This document shows positions 1 to 11,256 of a DNA stretch of 64,000 bases, one piece after another. The translations under genes and the position numbers were made by a program. The notes under the pieces are model-generated. The model made no database searches, was not told where the DNA came from, and saw only the letters and a list, made by a program, of their open reading frames with translations. Position 1 is the stretch's first letter, and every line of letters starts with the position of its first letter. Source of the DNA: Candidatus Hydrothermarchaeum profundi (GTDB lineage: Archaea > Hydrothermarchaeota > Hydrothermarchaeia > Hydrothermarchaeales > Hydrothermarchaeaceae). Location: positions 1,416,989 through 1,480,988 of the forward strand of contig MTMF02000009.1 of the NCBI GenBank assembly GCA_002011125.2. The letters run 5' to 3'.

Positions 1-50
1 ATTTACCTTCGCATTTCGAGGAAATAGTTGCTAAGATAAAAGGTGAATAA
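1..50 (+). CDS. rpl18: 50S ribosomal protein uL18, C-terminal fragment (truncated by window)
   Basis: Frame 3 reads [15 protein letters not shown] (TAA 48-50); conserved position directly upstream of uS5. Confidence 0.8.
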   Translation, partial: LPSHFEEIVAKIKGE

Positions 51-52
51 TA

Positions 53-706
53 ATGGCTGAAGAAACAGAAGAATGGGAACCTAGAACAAGGTTAGGAAGA
101 CTAGTAAAGAGCGGTGAAATCACGGACATCAGAGGAGTCTTTGATTCCGGTCTTCCTCTAATGGAGGCAGAGATCGTAGATACTTTGATGCCGGACATTA
201 CAGAAGAGGTTATAGATATAGAGCTCGTCCAAAGGATGCATAAATCTGGACGTAGAGTTAGATTTAGAGCCACAGTTGCAGTTGGTAATAAGGACGGATA
301 TATCGGCCTTGGAAAAGGAGTTGCAAAAGAAGTCGGTCCAGCTATACGCAAGGGGATAAAAGATGCAAAGCTAAACCTAGTAGAGATATCAAGAGGATGC
401 GGTAGCTGGGAGTGCGGATGCGGCACTCCCCACTCGGTTCCTTTTGAGGTTATTGGTGTAGCTGGAAGCGTAAGAGTAAAGTTGATGCCAGCTCCGAAAG
501 GGATAGGATTAGCGGCAGGAGATATTTCTAAGAAGATCCTATATCTAGCTGGAATAAGAGATGTGTGGTCTCAGTCTTTTGGTAAAACAAAGACTACTAT
601 AAATACTGCAAGGGCAACATTTAATGCATTAAAACAGACTTCAATTGTTAAAATCACAGATAAACAAAAGGAGACTTTGGGGCTAGTGGAGGGAAGGATA
701 GGATGA
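53..706 (+). CDS. rps5: 30S ribosomal protein uS5
   Basis: [28 protein letters not shown] (archaeal signature). Confidence 0.98.
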   Translation: MAEETEEWEPRTRLGRLVKSGEITDIRGVFDSGLPLMEAEIVDTLMPDITEEVIDIELVQRMHKSGRRVRFRATVAVGNKDGYIGLGKGVAKEVGPAIRKGIKDAKLNLVEISRGCGSWECGCGTPHSVPFEVIGVAGSVRVKLMPAPKGIGLAAGDISKKILYLAGIRDVWSQSFGKTKTTINTARATFNALKQTSIVKITDKQKETLGLVEGRIG

Positions 707-1167
707 AAAGGATAGCGGTTGTCAGAGTGAGAGGAACAGTCGGGGTTTCACATGAAGTTAAAGAAACTTTGAAATACTTGAGACTCAGCAGGGTCAATTA
801 CTGTTCGATAGTTGATGACAGGCCCCAATATCTGGGAATGCTTCAAAAAGTCAAGGATTATGTAACGTGGGGGCCACTGGAAAAGGATGTTTTAGTTGAG
901 ATATTAACTAAGAGGGCGGAACTTACCGGGGGCGAAAGGCTAACTGATGAGTATATAAAGAAAAATACAAAATTTAAATCAATTTCAGATTTTGCTTCTG
1001 CTTTTATGGATTTTAAAGCAGAACTAAAGGATATACCTAACCTTAGACCTTTTTTTAGACTTCATCCACCTAGAAAGGGATATAGAGGGATAAAGAGGAC
1101 ATATACCGAGGGAGGGGCTCTTGGGCCCAGAAATGAAATCAAGAGTTTACTCTACAGAATGAGATGA
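703..1167 (+). CDS. rpl30: 50S ribosomal protein uL30
   Basis: AVVRVRG...[12 protein letters not shown]...FRLHPPRKG; operon position. Confidence 0.97.
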   Translation: MKRIAVVRVRGTVGVSHEVKETLKYLRLSRVNYCSIVDDRPQYLGMLQKVKDYVTWGPLEKDVLVEILTKRAELTGGERLTDEYIKKNTKFKSISDFASAFMDFKAELKDIPNLRPFFRLHPPRKGYRGIKRTYTEGGALGPRNEIKSLLYRMR

Positions 1168-1613
1168 TAAAGATGGCGACAAAAAATAGGAAGATTAGGA
1201 AAAAACGAGGCTCTCGAACATGTGGAGGAGGTTCCCATAAGAAAAGCAGAGGGTCTGGAAATCGGGGTGGCTCAGGTAAAGCTGGAGGATGTAAAGGTAA
1301 ATGGACTAAAATTATAAAGGATTACCCTAGATATTTTGGGAGAAGGGGATTCAAGCTACCTAAGGAAATAAAACACGTATATAACTCTATTAATGTAGGT
1401 GAAATAGACGAGATAGTTGATGAACTTTTATTAAAGGGAATCGCGATAAAGGATGATGGTAAGATAATAGTAGAACTATCTGAATTAAATATAGAAAAGG
1501 TTCTTGGAGGAGGTAGAGTAACAAGACCCCTTATTATAAAAGCACAACGGTTCACAGAAGGAGCGGTAGAAAAAATCGAGAAAGCAGGGGGCAAAGCTGT
1601 TATAGAGGAGTGA
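1164..1613 (+). CDS. rpl15: 50S ribosomal protein uL15
   Basis: RGSRTCGGG..K.RGSGNRGG.GKAG; KVLGGG; AVEKIEKAGG. Confidence 0.97.
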   Translation: MIKMATKNRKIRKKRGSRTCGGGSHKKSRGSGNRGGSGKAGGCKGKWTKIIKDYPRYFGRRGFKLPKEIKHVYNSINVGEIDEIVDELLLKGIAIKDDGKIIVELSELNIEKVLGGGRVTRPLIIKAQRFTEGAVEKIEKAGGKAVIEE

Positions 1614-1619
1614 GAAGGG

Positions 1620-4081
<2,462 letters not shown>

Positions 4082-4093
4082 GGAGTGATACTA

Positions 4094-4330
4094 ATGAAAG
4101 AAGTAGTTAAGAAAACACCTGGAGGAAGACTGGTAATTCATCGTCGAAAAGGGAAAGTAGGATTTGCTAGGTGTGCCAATTGTAAAAAACCTCTTTTAGG
4201 AGTACCTGCTTTGAGGCCCAGTAAGCTTTCCAAGTTATCTAAAACAAAAAAAAGACCTAACAGACCCTATGGGGGGTACCTATGCTCGAATTGTATGAGG
4301 ATAGAAATCAAAAGAAAGGTTAGAGGATGA
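4094..4330 (+). CDS. rpl34e: 50S ribosomal protein eL34
   Basis: KTPGGR, CANCKKPL.GVP, KKRPNRPYGGYLCSNC; ATG 4094 behind GGAGTGA. Confidence 0.95.
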   Translation: MKEVVKKTPGGRLVIHRRKGKVGFARCANCKKPLLGVPALRPSKLSKLSKTKKRPNRPYGGYLCSNCMRIEIKRKVRG

Positions 4331-4848
4331 TAATAACTATAGGAGGCCCCATAGGCAGTGGAAAAACCACTGTAGCTAGAGCTTTGGCTTCAAAGTTTGG
4401 CCTGAGGCATATTTCTGCTGGTCAAGTATTTAGGCAAATGGCGAGAGAGAGGGGAATGAGTCTAGAAGAGTTCTCTAAATATGCAGAAAAAAACTTGGAG
4501 TTGGACAGAGCCATTGATAAAAAGCAGATGGAATTAGCTAAATCAGGTAATGCTGTTGTAGATGGGAGGTTAAGTGGCCTATTGATAGATGCAGATCTCA
4601 AGATATGGTTAAAAGCATCATTGGAGGTAAGAGCAAAGCGCGTTGCAGAGAGAGAATCAAAAGATTTTAATGTTGCTCTGAAGGAGACAAAGATCCGCGA
4701 AAGAAGTGAGAACAAACGTTACAAGAAAATATATAATTTTGATTTATCCGATCTTTCAGTCTATGATGTGGTACTGAATACGGAATTATGGAGCGCAGAG
4801 GATGTTATTAATATAATATATGTGATGGTGTCCTCTTTAAAGAGGTGA
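4327..4848 (+). CDS. cmk: Cytidylate kinase (archaeal type)
   Basis: ITIGGPIGSGKTT, SAGQVFRQMA, VDGRLSG, operon position. Confidence 0.95.
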   Translation: MIITIGGPIGSGKTTVARALASKFGLRHISAGQVFRQMARERGMSLEEFSKYAEKNLELDRAIDKKQMELAKSGNAVVDGRLSGLLIDADLKIWLKASLEVRAKRVAERESKDFNVALKETKIRERSENKRYKKIYNFDLSDLSVYDVVLNTELWSAEDVINIIYVMVSSLKR

Positions 4849-4853
4849 TGTAA

Positions 4854-5081
4854 TTGGAGGTAGGTAGAGTCTGTGTAAAACTAGCTGGTAGGGAAGCCGG
4901 TAAAAAATGTGTCATAGTTGAGAAAATAGATGAAAACTTTGTAATAATCGACTCTCCCTTTGTCAGGAGGAGGAGATGCAATATTAGGCATTTGGAGCCT
5001 TTGGATATATTAGTTGATATCAAAGAAGGAGCCGACTCTAAAGAAGTGGAGAAGGCTCTTAGAAAAGCCAAGCTAATTTAA
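4854..5081 (+). CDS. rpl14e: 50S ribosomal protein eL14
   Basis: EVGRVCVKLAGREAGKKCVIV, RRRRCNIRHLEP. Confidence 0.97.
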   Translation: MEVGRVCVKLAGREAGKKCVIVEKIDENFVIIDSPFVRRRRCNIRHLEPLDILVDIKEGADSKEVEKALRKAKLI

Positions 5082-5091
5082 AGGTACCGAA

Positions 5092-6120
5092 ATGGGCAAA
5101 CTCCCTTTTGAAATGGATAGGAAAATAGTTGTTAAGTGTAGAGCATCAACTAATCCAGAGTATGGTAAAATGCCGGAAGAAAGGGGGATTAGAGAATATA
5201 TAAATTATGGAGTTATAAATCTTGATAAACCCCCGGGGCCAACCTCTCATGAAGTTGTTTCGTGGGTAAAGAAGATACTAGAGATAAAAAAAGCGGGACA
5301 CGGCGGAACACTAGATCCTAAAGTATCTGGTGTTTTACCAATCGGTCTTGAAGAGTCAACAAAAATTATACAAACGCTTCTGCCAGCCGGTAAAGAATAT
5401 GTTTGTCTAATGAGACTCCATAGTAATATAGAAGAAAATGAGGTCTCAAGAGTTTTCAAAGAGTTTGAAGGGGAAATTTATCAGAGGCCACCGGTAAAGT
5501 CGGCTGTAAAAAGAAAGCTGAGAAAAAGAACAATCTACTATATCGAGATACTTGAAGTTGATGGGAGGGACATATTATTTAAAGTTGGATGTGAGGCAGG
5601 AACTTATATAAGAAAACTTTGCCATGATATAGGGGAAGTAATAGGGGTTGGGGCACATATGGTAGAATTAAGGAGAACCAAGAGTGGGTCCTTTAAAGAT
5701 GAAGATTCAGTAAAATTACATGATGTCATGGACGCGTATTCTTTTTGGAAAGAAGATGAAAACGAAAAATTTCTCAGAAAAGTCATTTGGCCTGTAGAGA
5801 AAGCGGTAGAACATCTTCAGAAAATAATAGTCAGAGACGGCGCAGTAGATGCTATATGTCATGGAGCAAATCTCGCTGTACCCGGGATATGCGAACTTGA
5901 TGCCGATATAAAACCAGGGGATTTGGTCGCTCTTTTTACTTTAAAAAACGAGCTAATCGCGATAGGTCAAGCAAAAATGGAGACCAGAGATATCCTATTA
6001 GAAAACTCAGGAATCGCTGTTAAAACCAAGAGGGTCGTAATGAAGACAGGGACCTATCCAAGGCTATGGAAATCTAAGCAAGCCGGGGTAGCCGAGACCG
6101 GACCAAGGCGCCGGCCTTGA
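5092..6120 (+). CDS. cbf5: RNA-guided pseudouridine synthase Cbf5 (TruB family, PUA domain)
   Basis: LDKPPGPTSHEV, GHGGTLDPKVSG (catalytic D), CEAGTYIRKL, AVDAICHGA; the last 12 sense codons and the stop lie inside tRNA-Ser. Confidence 0.97.
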   Translation: MGKLPFEMDRKIVVKCRASTNPEYGKMPEERGIREYINYGVINLDKPPGPTSHEVVSWVKKILEIKKAGHGGTLDPKVSGVLPIGLEESTKIIQTLLPAGKEYVCLMRLHSNIEENEVSRVFKEFEGEIYQRPPVKSAVKRKLRKRTIYYIEILEVDGRDILFKVGCEAGTYIRKLCHDIGEVIGVGAHMVELRRTKSGSFKDEDSVKLHDVMDAYSFWKEDENEKFLRKVIWPVEKAVEHLQKIIVRDGAVDAICHGANLAVPGICELDADIKPGDLVALFTLKNELIAIGQAKMETRDILLENSGIAVKTKRVVMKTGTYPRLWKSKQAGVAETGPRRRP

Positions 6121-6169
6121 GAGCCGGTTGAGCATATGCTCAGCATGGGTTCAAATCCCATCCCCGGCG
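6082..6169 (+). tRNA. tRNA-Ser(TGA)
   Basis: Acceptor GCCGGGG/CCCCGGC, anticodon arm CCGGC-CT TGA GA-GCCGG, long variable arm TGAGCATATGCTCA, T arm ATGGG-TTCAAAT-CCCAT; CCA not encoded. Confidence 0.97.
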
Positions 6170-6229
6170 TAAATTTTATTTATTTTCAGAAAGACGACTC
6201 AAATTAGATATTTATTATGAAACTACTGG
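6156..6229 (+). repeat. 74-bp direct repeat, copy 1 (tRNA-Ser 3' end plus downstream flank)
   Basis: Ungapped 69/74 match to 6818-6891 (hand alignment). Confidence 0.93.
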
Positions 6230-6366
6230 CAAAAATTAACTGATAGGGTCTCAGGAGGATGCAACGATTTCGTATTCAAAGGATGGCTACTGTGAGAAAA
6301 GAAAGTACATCGAGAGCGAAGCATGAGAATAAAAGCTTAAATACGTTAAGATTCGAAGGGGTGGAT

Positions 6367-6582
6367 ATGGATAAGCGTAAGTTTAACGTGGTAATCGAGA
6401 AGGACGAGGACGGTTATTATATCGCCACTGTTCCTTCTTTGCCCGGCTGTCATACACAAGCTAAGAATTTGGATGAGCTAATGAAGCGCGTGAAGGAGGC
6501 TATCGAGCTCTATCTTGAGGTCGAAGAAGAAGCAGGCGATGTTGAAACCGAATTCGTAGGGGTGCAGGTAGTTGAGGCTTAG
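6367..6582 (+). CDS. hicB: HicB family antitoxin (short form, UPF0150-like)
   Basis: FNVVIEKDEDGYYIATVPSLPGCHTQAKNLDELMKRVKEAIELYLE; ATG 6367 behind GGGGTG SD. Confidence 0.92.
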   Translation: MDKRKFNVVIEKDEDGYYIATVPSLPGCHTQAKNLDELMKRVKEAIELYLEVEEEAGDVETEFVGVQVVEA

Positions 6583-6792
6583 ACCTCTTCCGCCTGAAAA
6601 GGTCATACGCGCCCTGGAGAAAGCTGGTTTTGTGCGGGTGAGGCAGAAAGGCAGTCATGTTTTTATGAGACATCCTAATGGGAGAACAACAATAGTTCCA
6701 TATCACAAGAAAGAAAATATAGAAGAGGGCTTTTGAGAAAGATAATCAACGACGCCCAGATGACAGTTGAAGAGTTCATGAAGCTGACTTAG
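6572..6792 (+). pseudogene. hicA: HicA family toxin, frameshifted
   Basis: TTG 6572 gives MRLRPLPPEKVIRALEKAGFVRVRQKGSHVFMRHPNGRTTIVPYH.., stopping at TGA 6734-6736; the typical C-terminus RGLLRKIINDAQMTVEEFMKLT* continues in another frame to TAG 6790-6792. Confidence 0.88.
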
Positions 6793-6817
6793 ATTTACCA
6801 GTAAAAATGCGCTGATG

Positions 6818-6891
6818 TCCCATCCTCGGCGCTAATTTTACTTATTTTCAGAAAGACGACTCAAATTAGATAGTTATTATGAAACTACTGG
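6818..6891 (+). repeat. 74-bp direct repeat, copy 2 (begins TCCCATCCTCGGCG, degenerate tRNA-Ser 3' end)
   Basis: 69/74 match to 6156-6229. Confidence 0.93.
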
Positions 6892-7146
6892 TAAATTAAT
6901 GGATATAACTTACGGGATAGGCAATTTTTAGATTCTATTTTCAAAAAGTTCACAATATACACCATTATATGGATAATGTTGATAACTTTTATTAAAGTTC
7001 ATTTTATACAAATTAATTTTTAATCTTCAAATTATTTGCTTTTTTACTTTAAAATTATCACGAATGAGATCTAAGTTTAAATCGTTAGCTTTTTATTCAA
7101 TTAATAAAAAATCTTTTATGAAACTTATCTGTTCGGGGGGTCCTTC

Positions 7147-7653
7147 ATGGAAATGCGTAGAAGTGAAAGAAAAATGGACAAAAAAGGAATAGATGAGGTC
7201 CTTGTTGAGACCCTTATCGGCAATTTGGCAACTACGCGTGATGGTGTTCCGTACACTATACCAATACAATTCTTATATGAACCTAAGGATAAGGCAATAT
7301 ACTTTCATGGGGCTAGTGAGGGTAGGAAGATTGATAATATTAAAGAAAATCCTAAGGTCTGTTTTAGCGCATTTCAGCTCATAGGTTTAATATGTGCAGA
7401 TAAAGCCTGCGAGTATGATCAGAGTTTCAGGAGTGTTGTCATCTTTGGCACAGCTACCTTCGTAAAAGATGCTGATAAAAAATTTGAAGTTCTAAAGGGC
7501 TTTATGGAAAAATATGCCAAAGATCATCCGGCTCCTATACCTGTGACGAGATCTATGGCTGCAAGGACTACAATTATTAAACTCAGTATTGATGAGATTA
7601 GTGGAAAACAAAATATAGAGGGCACAATACACTTTCCAGAAAAGGAAAGGTGA
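7147..7653 (+). CDS. Pyridoxamine 5'-phosphate oxidase-like FMN-binding protein (NimA-like)
   Basis: MRRSER, PYTIPIQF, IYFHGASEGRK, NPKVCF, FRSVVIFG, ISGK. Confidence 0.88.
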   Translation: MEMRRSERKMDKKGIDEVLVETLIGNLATTRDGVPYTIPIQFLYEPKDKAIYFHGASEGRKIDNIKENPKVCFSAFQLIGLICADKACEYDQSFRSVVIFGTATFVKDADKKFEVLKGFMEKYAKDHPAPIPVTRSMAARTTIIKLSIDEISGKQNIEGTIHFPEKER

Positions 7654-7686
7654 AAATTATACTGTAAATAATTTATGCTGTTGCCT

Positions 7687-8571
7687 TTAGGTTCTCATTA
7701 AACTTATTGCAGTAAGCATATCTTCAATACTTGCTTTAGCTCCACTAGCTACCTTATGACCTCCGCCCCCAAAGATCTTTGCAAGCTGAAGCACGTTAAA
7801 TCTTGTGTGGGTTCTAAGTTCGATTCTACCACTTATTCTTGAATATACTAAAATTATATCGAAAGGTGCATCTCTGTGCTCTATTAGTTTATTGGTTGCG
7901 ATGTACACAGGTATTCCCTCTGTTTGTAGAACAGCTACTTTTAGCCCACTAATATTTCTCACTTTAACCTTTCGCATTACTAGCTCTTCAAAGAAACTTA
8001 TTTTTTTCTCATACTCAGCTATTTCTCGCTTGTAATCATCTATAGCGGTAATGCCTTTTTCAGCAAGTGCCTTTGATAGCTGGAATAATTTAAAACTTAG
8101 AGACTGTTTTTTTCCTTTGTAATATGCGACTATTTTCCTCAGTTTGTCTGCTTCAGGACTCACCACATTATTAGTGTCTATTTCGTCTGCTATATTCTCA
8201 AAACCTGTAATACCAAAATACTTTGATACTAGACGACAGGCACTTTTGGTAGAACCGAGATAAAACTCTATATTATCTGGTCTTCTTACGGCTCCCCATA
8301 TGTGGTGGTCTATCCATACAACCCTTTCGCTTTTAGATGCTTCGGCTACAGATCTATTTGTACCAGAAATATCGAAGATATATAGGTTTTTAGCTTTAAT
8401 CTTCGTGAGTGTATAGGCTAAAATAGAGGGGGAGGAAAAGTATGCCCTACAGTTTCCTCTAGCTCTCATAAAAGTAGCGAGGCACAGTACACCATCGCTA
8501 TCAGCATGGGTCACAACATAGGCCATTTTAGGCGCACTGTGTATAGAAATCCTATTACTGGACTCTTCCAT
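7687..8571 (-). CDS. DHH/DHHA1 family phosphoesterase-like protein
   Basis: THADSDG, FD, WIDHH, C-terminal FGGGGHKVASG. Confidence 0.85.
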   Translation of the reverse strand: MEESSNRISIHSAPKMAYVVTHADSDGVLCLATFMRARGNCRAYFSSPSILAYTLTKIKAKNLYIFDISGTNRSVAEASKSERVVWIDHHIWGAVRRPDNIEFYLGSTKSACRLVSKYFGITGFENIADEIDTNNVVSPEADKLRKIVAYYKGKKQSLSFKLFQLSKALAEKGITAIDDYKREIAEYEKKISFFEELVMRKVKVRNISGLKVAVLQTEGIPVYIATNKLIEHRDAPFDIILVYSRISGRIELRTHTRFNVLQLAKIFGGGGHKVASGAKASIEDMLTAISLMRT

Positions 8572-8902
8572 AATTAACTCTTTTTAATAGTTTTTCAAAA
8601 ATTAAGTTTTATTCTTTAGTAAGTTCTAGCAAGAAAAAATGGTAATTTCCTAAAAATAAATTTTGCCCAGTAAACACTTTTTTTACTTGGTGAGATAATT
8701 ATCACGGTGTCGTAGCATCAGCAGTCTATATTAAGCTAAAAAAGGACAAAAAGGTTCTAGGTTCCTTTCTTTCCTATATTTTTACAAAAACATTCTGTGG
8801 GCTTTCGCAATATTTATAAATCTCGTTAAAATATTCCATTGTGCGGTTTGTAAAAACATAGATTTTATAATCGATATAAAATGATAATTTTATAAAGTGA
8901 TT

Positions 8903-8916
8903 GAAAAGATTTATAA
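8903..8916 (+). promoter_or_regulatory. BRE/TATA promoter candidate for the uS13 operon
   Basis: GAAAAG-A-TTTATAA; further TTTATAA copies at 8813, 8864 and 8889. Confidence 0.5.
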
Positions 8917-8958
8917 GTTAAAAAATATAAGGATTAGGGCTAACTCGGAGGAAAGATC

Positions 8959-9435
8959 TTGGAAAAGAAAGAAGAGGAATTTAAATATCTAGTAAGGATC
9001 GCTGGTACGGATATAAATGGGAATAAAAAGATTTCATATGGGCTTACTCGTATAAAAGGAATTGGTAATAGGATGGGAAAGGTGATATGTGAAGCGGCGG
9101 GGATTGATCCAAATAAAAAGGTAGGGTACCTTACTGAAGATGAGGTAGAGAAGTTGGATAACATAATAGAGAATGTAGGCGGTATAGGCCTTCCAGGATG
9201 GCTATTGAATAGGAGGGTTGATTATACTACTGGTAAGAATATTCATGTTATCGGGTCTGACCTCATTATGAGCCTCAGAGAGGATATAAATAGGATGAAG
9301 AAAATGAAAAGCTACAAGGGAATTAGACATGCTTTAGGATTACCCGTAAGAGGTCAGCGAACCCGTACGAGTTTTAGGAAGGGTGTCATAGTAGGGGTTA
9401 TGAGGCGAAAGATGGGGAAAGAAGCCAAAAAATAA
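8959..9435 (+). CDS. rps13: 30S ribosomal protein uS13
   Basis: FKYLVRIAGTDI, IKGIG, SYKGIRHALGLPVRGQRT; TTG start. Confidence 0.98.
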   Translation: MEKKEEEFKYLVRIAGTDINGNKKISYGLTRIKGIGNRMGKVICEAAGIDPNKKVGYLTEDEVEKLDNIIENVGGIGLPGWLLNRRVDYTTGKNIHVIGSDLIMSLREDINRMKKMKSYKGIRHALGLPVRGQRTRTSFRKGVIVGVMRRKMGKEAKK

Positions 9436-9450
9436 TAGGAAGGACTGTTT

Positions 9451-9981
9451 ATGGGAGACCCTAAAAAACGTAAGAAAAAGTATGATACACCACGGAATCC
9501 TTGGCAAATAGAAAGGCTAGAAGAAGAAAGGAAATTAATGAAGAAATATGGCCTAAGAAACAAGAGAGAGTTATGGAGGATGGAGACTCTTCTCAGGGGA
9601 TTTCGTAGGCAAGCTAGGAAATTGCTTGCCCTCGAGACTCCTCAAGCTAAAAAAGAAGAAATCCAACTTCTTGAAAAATTAAGAAGATTAAAAATGCTTA
9701 AGCGGAATTCTACCCTAGATGATGTCTTAGCATTAAAAATAGAAGATATCCTTGATAGGAGACTTCAGACCTTGGTATTTAAAAAAGGGTTGGCGAATAC
9801 ACCAAAACAAGCACGCCAGTTTATCGTTCATGGACATATCTCCATTAAGGGAAGAAAAGTTACAGCACCAAGTTATCTGGTGGGAAGAGAAGAAGAAAAC
9901 TCTATTGGGTATATTGAATCTTCACCACTAAAAAATCTCGAAGCTCAGACGAGTAGTGAGAAAGTGAAAGAGGAGGCGTAA
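9451..9981 (+). CDS. rps4: 30S ribosomal protein uS4
   Basis: [40 protein letters not shown]. Confidence 0.98.
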   Translation: MGDPKKRKKKYDTPRNPWQIERLEEERKLMKKYGLRNKRELWRMETLLRGFRRQARKLLALETPQAKKEEIQLLEKLRRLKMLKRNSTLDDVLALKIEDILDRRLQTLVFKKGLANTPKQARQFIVHGHISIKGRKVTAPSYLVGREEENSIGYIESSPLKNLEAQTSSEKVKEEA

Positions 9982-9983
9982 AA

Positions 9984-10379
9984 TTGGTTAAGGAAGCTAA
10001 GGCTTGGGGCGTTGCTCATATCTATTCTTCTTTCAATAATACAATTATACACATAACAGATATAACTGGATCAGAAACCATATCAAGGTGGTCTGGGGGA
10101 AGGATAGTTAGGGCCCATAGAGAAGAGAGTTCTCCATATGCAGCTATGCAGGCAGCTATGAGGGCAGCTGAAGAGGCTATGGAAAAGGGTATAGTAGGGG
10201 TCCACATTAAGGTAAGAGCACCGGGGGGAAGTGGACCGAAAACTCCGGGTCCAGGAGCCCAGCCTGCGATTAGAGCTCTTGCAAGAGCTGGTCTTAAGAT
10301 AGGTAGGATTGAAGATGCAACTCCTATCCCTCACGATGGAACTAAGAAAAAAGGAGGAAAGAGAGGTAGGAGAGTATGA
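9984..10379 (+). CDS. rps11: 30S ribosomal protein uS11
   Basis: [45 protein letters not shown]. Confidence 0.98.
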   Translation: MVKEAKAWGVAHIYSSFNNTIIHITDITGSETISRWSGGRIVRAHREESSPYAAMQAAMRAAEEAMEKGIVGVHIKVRAPGGSGPKTPGPGAQPAIRALARAGLKIGRIEDATPIPHDGTKKKGGKRGRRV

Positions 10380-11158
10380 AAGTAGAAATACTTGAAGAAA
10401 CTGATAACTCAATGAGGTTTATATTATCAGAAGCCCACCCAAGCTTGGCTAATGCTTTAAGGAGGATAATGGTATCTGAGGTTCCAACTTTGGCGATTGA
10501 GGATGTAACGATTATTGAGAATACATCATCGCTGTATGATGAAATTATTGCTCATAGATTGGGTTTGATTCCGATTAGAACTGATCTTGATATTATGAAC
10601 TTGAGAGAGGAGTGTGTTTGCAAGGGAGAAGGATGTCCAAATTGTACATTAAAGCTTACTTTAAACTCTACGGGAAAAGATAGGATTATTACAGTGTATT
10701 CACATGATTTAAAGTCAGAAGATGAAAGATTAAAACCGATAGAGGGTATCCCAATTATAAAATTAGGAAAAGAGCAAAAACTAGTATTAGAGGCAGAAGC
10801 TATCCTTGGTAAGGGAAAAGATCATGCTAAATGGCAGCCAGCGGTAGTGGGATATAAATACTACCCAGCAATAGAGGTAAATGGGGAATGTGAAGACTGT
10901 AAAAAATGTGCAGATGTTTGCCCTGTTAACATATTAGAATCAGAAGATGGCAAAATCAAAGTAATCGATGAAATGAAATGCACTTTGTGTAAGTCTTGTG
11001 TAGAAGCATGTGAAAAAAAGATTATTAAGGTTAGAGGGGATGATAAAAAATTTATATTCACGTTAGAGAGTACTGGAGCATTAAAACCTCGAGAAATACT
11101 GAACAAAGCATGTGAAATATTAGAAGAAAAAGCCAGGGAACTGGCTACGCTATTATAG
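10376..11158 (+). CDS. rpoD: RNA polymerase subunit Rpo3 (RpoD) with ferredoxin-like Fe-S domain
   Basis: [32 protein letters not shown]; [12 protein letters not shown] and [11 protein letters not shown]. Confidence 0.97.
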   Translation: MKVEILEETDNSMRFILSEAHPSLANALRRIMVSEVPTLAIEDVTIIENTSSLYDEIIAHRLGLIPIRTDLDIMNLREECVCKGEGCPNCTLKLTLNSTGKDRIITVYSHDLKSEDERLKPIEGIPIIKLGKEQKLVLEAEAILGKGKDHAKWQPAVVGYKYYPAIEVNGECEDCKKCADVCPVNILESEDGKIKVIDEMKCTLCKSCVEACEKKIIKVRGDDKKFIFTLESTGALKPREILNKACEILEEKARELATLL

Positions 11159-11243
11159 CGGGGGTGGCCGAGTCTGGTCAAAGGCGCAAGGTTGAGGGCC
11201 TTGTTCCTAAGTGGATGCGAGGGTTCGAATCCCTTCCCCCGCA
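11158..11243 (+). tRNA. tRNA-Leu(GAG)
   Basis: GCGGGGG/CCCCCGC acceptor, CAAGG-TT GAG GG-CCTTG anticodon arm, long variable arm, GAGGG-TTCGAAT-CCCTT; CCA not encoded. Confidence 0.97.
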
Positions 11244-11256
11244 CTATGGTGATGGT

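Larger units (their letters stand above)
6156..6891. mobile_element. Minimal tRNA-Ser-integrated island remnant carrying hicBA, no integrase
   Basis: Duplicated tRNA 3' end (att-like) flanking a TA pair; repeat offset 662 bp. Confidence 0.6.

Noticed and set aside
6082-6169. Selenocysteine or suppressor tRNA
   Set aside because: Anticodon TGA reads UCA (Ser); tRNA-Sec would need anticodon TCA and a longer acceptor stem
6336-6350. CTTAA-N5-TTAAG palindrome over the hicB TATA box as an autoregulatory operator
   Set aside because: Only 5-bp arms, and this short HicB lacks an obvious DNA-binding domain
6259-6366. Extended HicB N-terminus
   Set aside because: The segment contains the likely promoter (AAAAG-CTTAAATA) and SD; the family fold begins at ATG 6367
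6156-6891. CRISPR array
   Set aside because: Only two 74-bp copies 662 bp apart; no regularly spaced short repeats or cas genes seen anywhere in the window
11164-11256. N-terminal extension of eL18 (and likewise of RpoK, 12702-12749) in the ORF track
   Set aside because: These are tRNA sequences read in frame; SD-associated ATGs lie at 11257 and 12750
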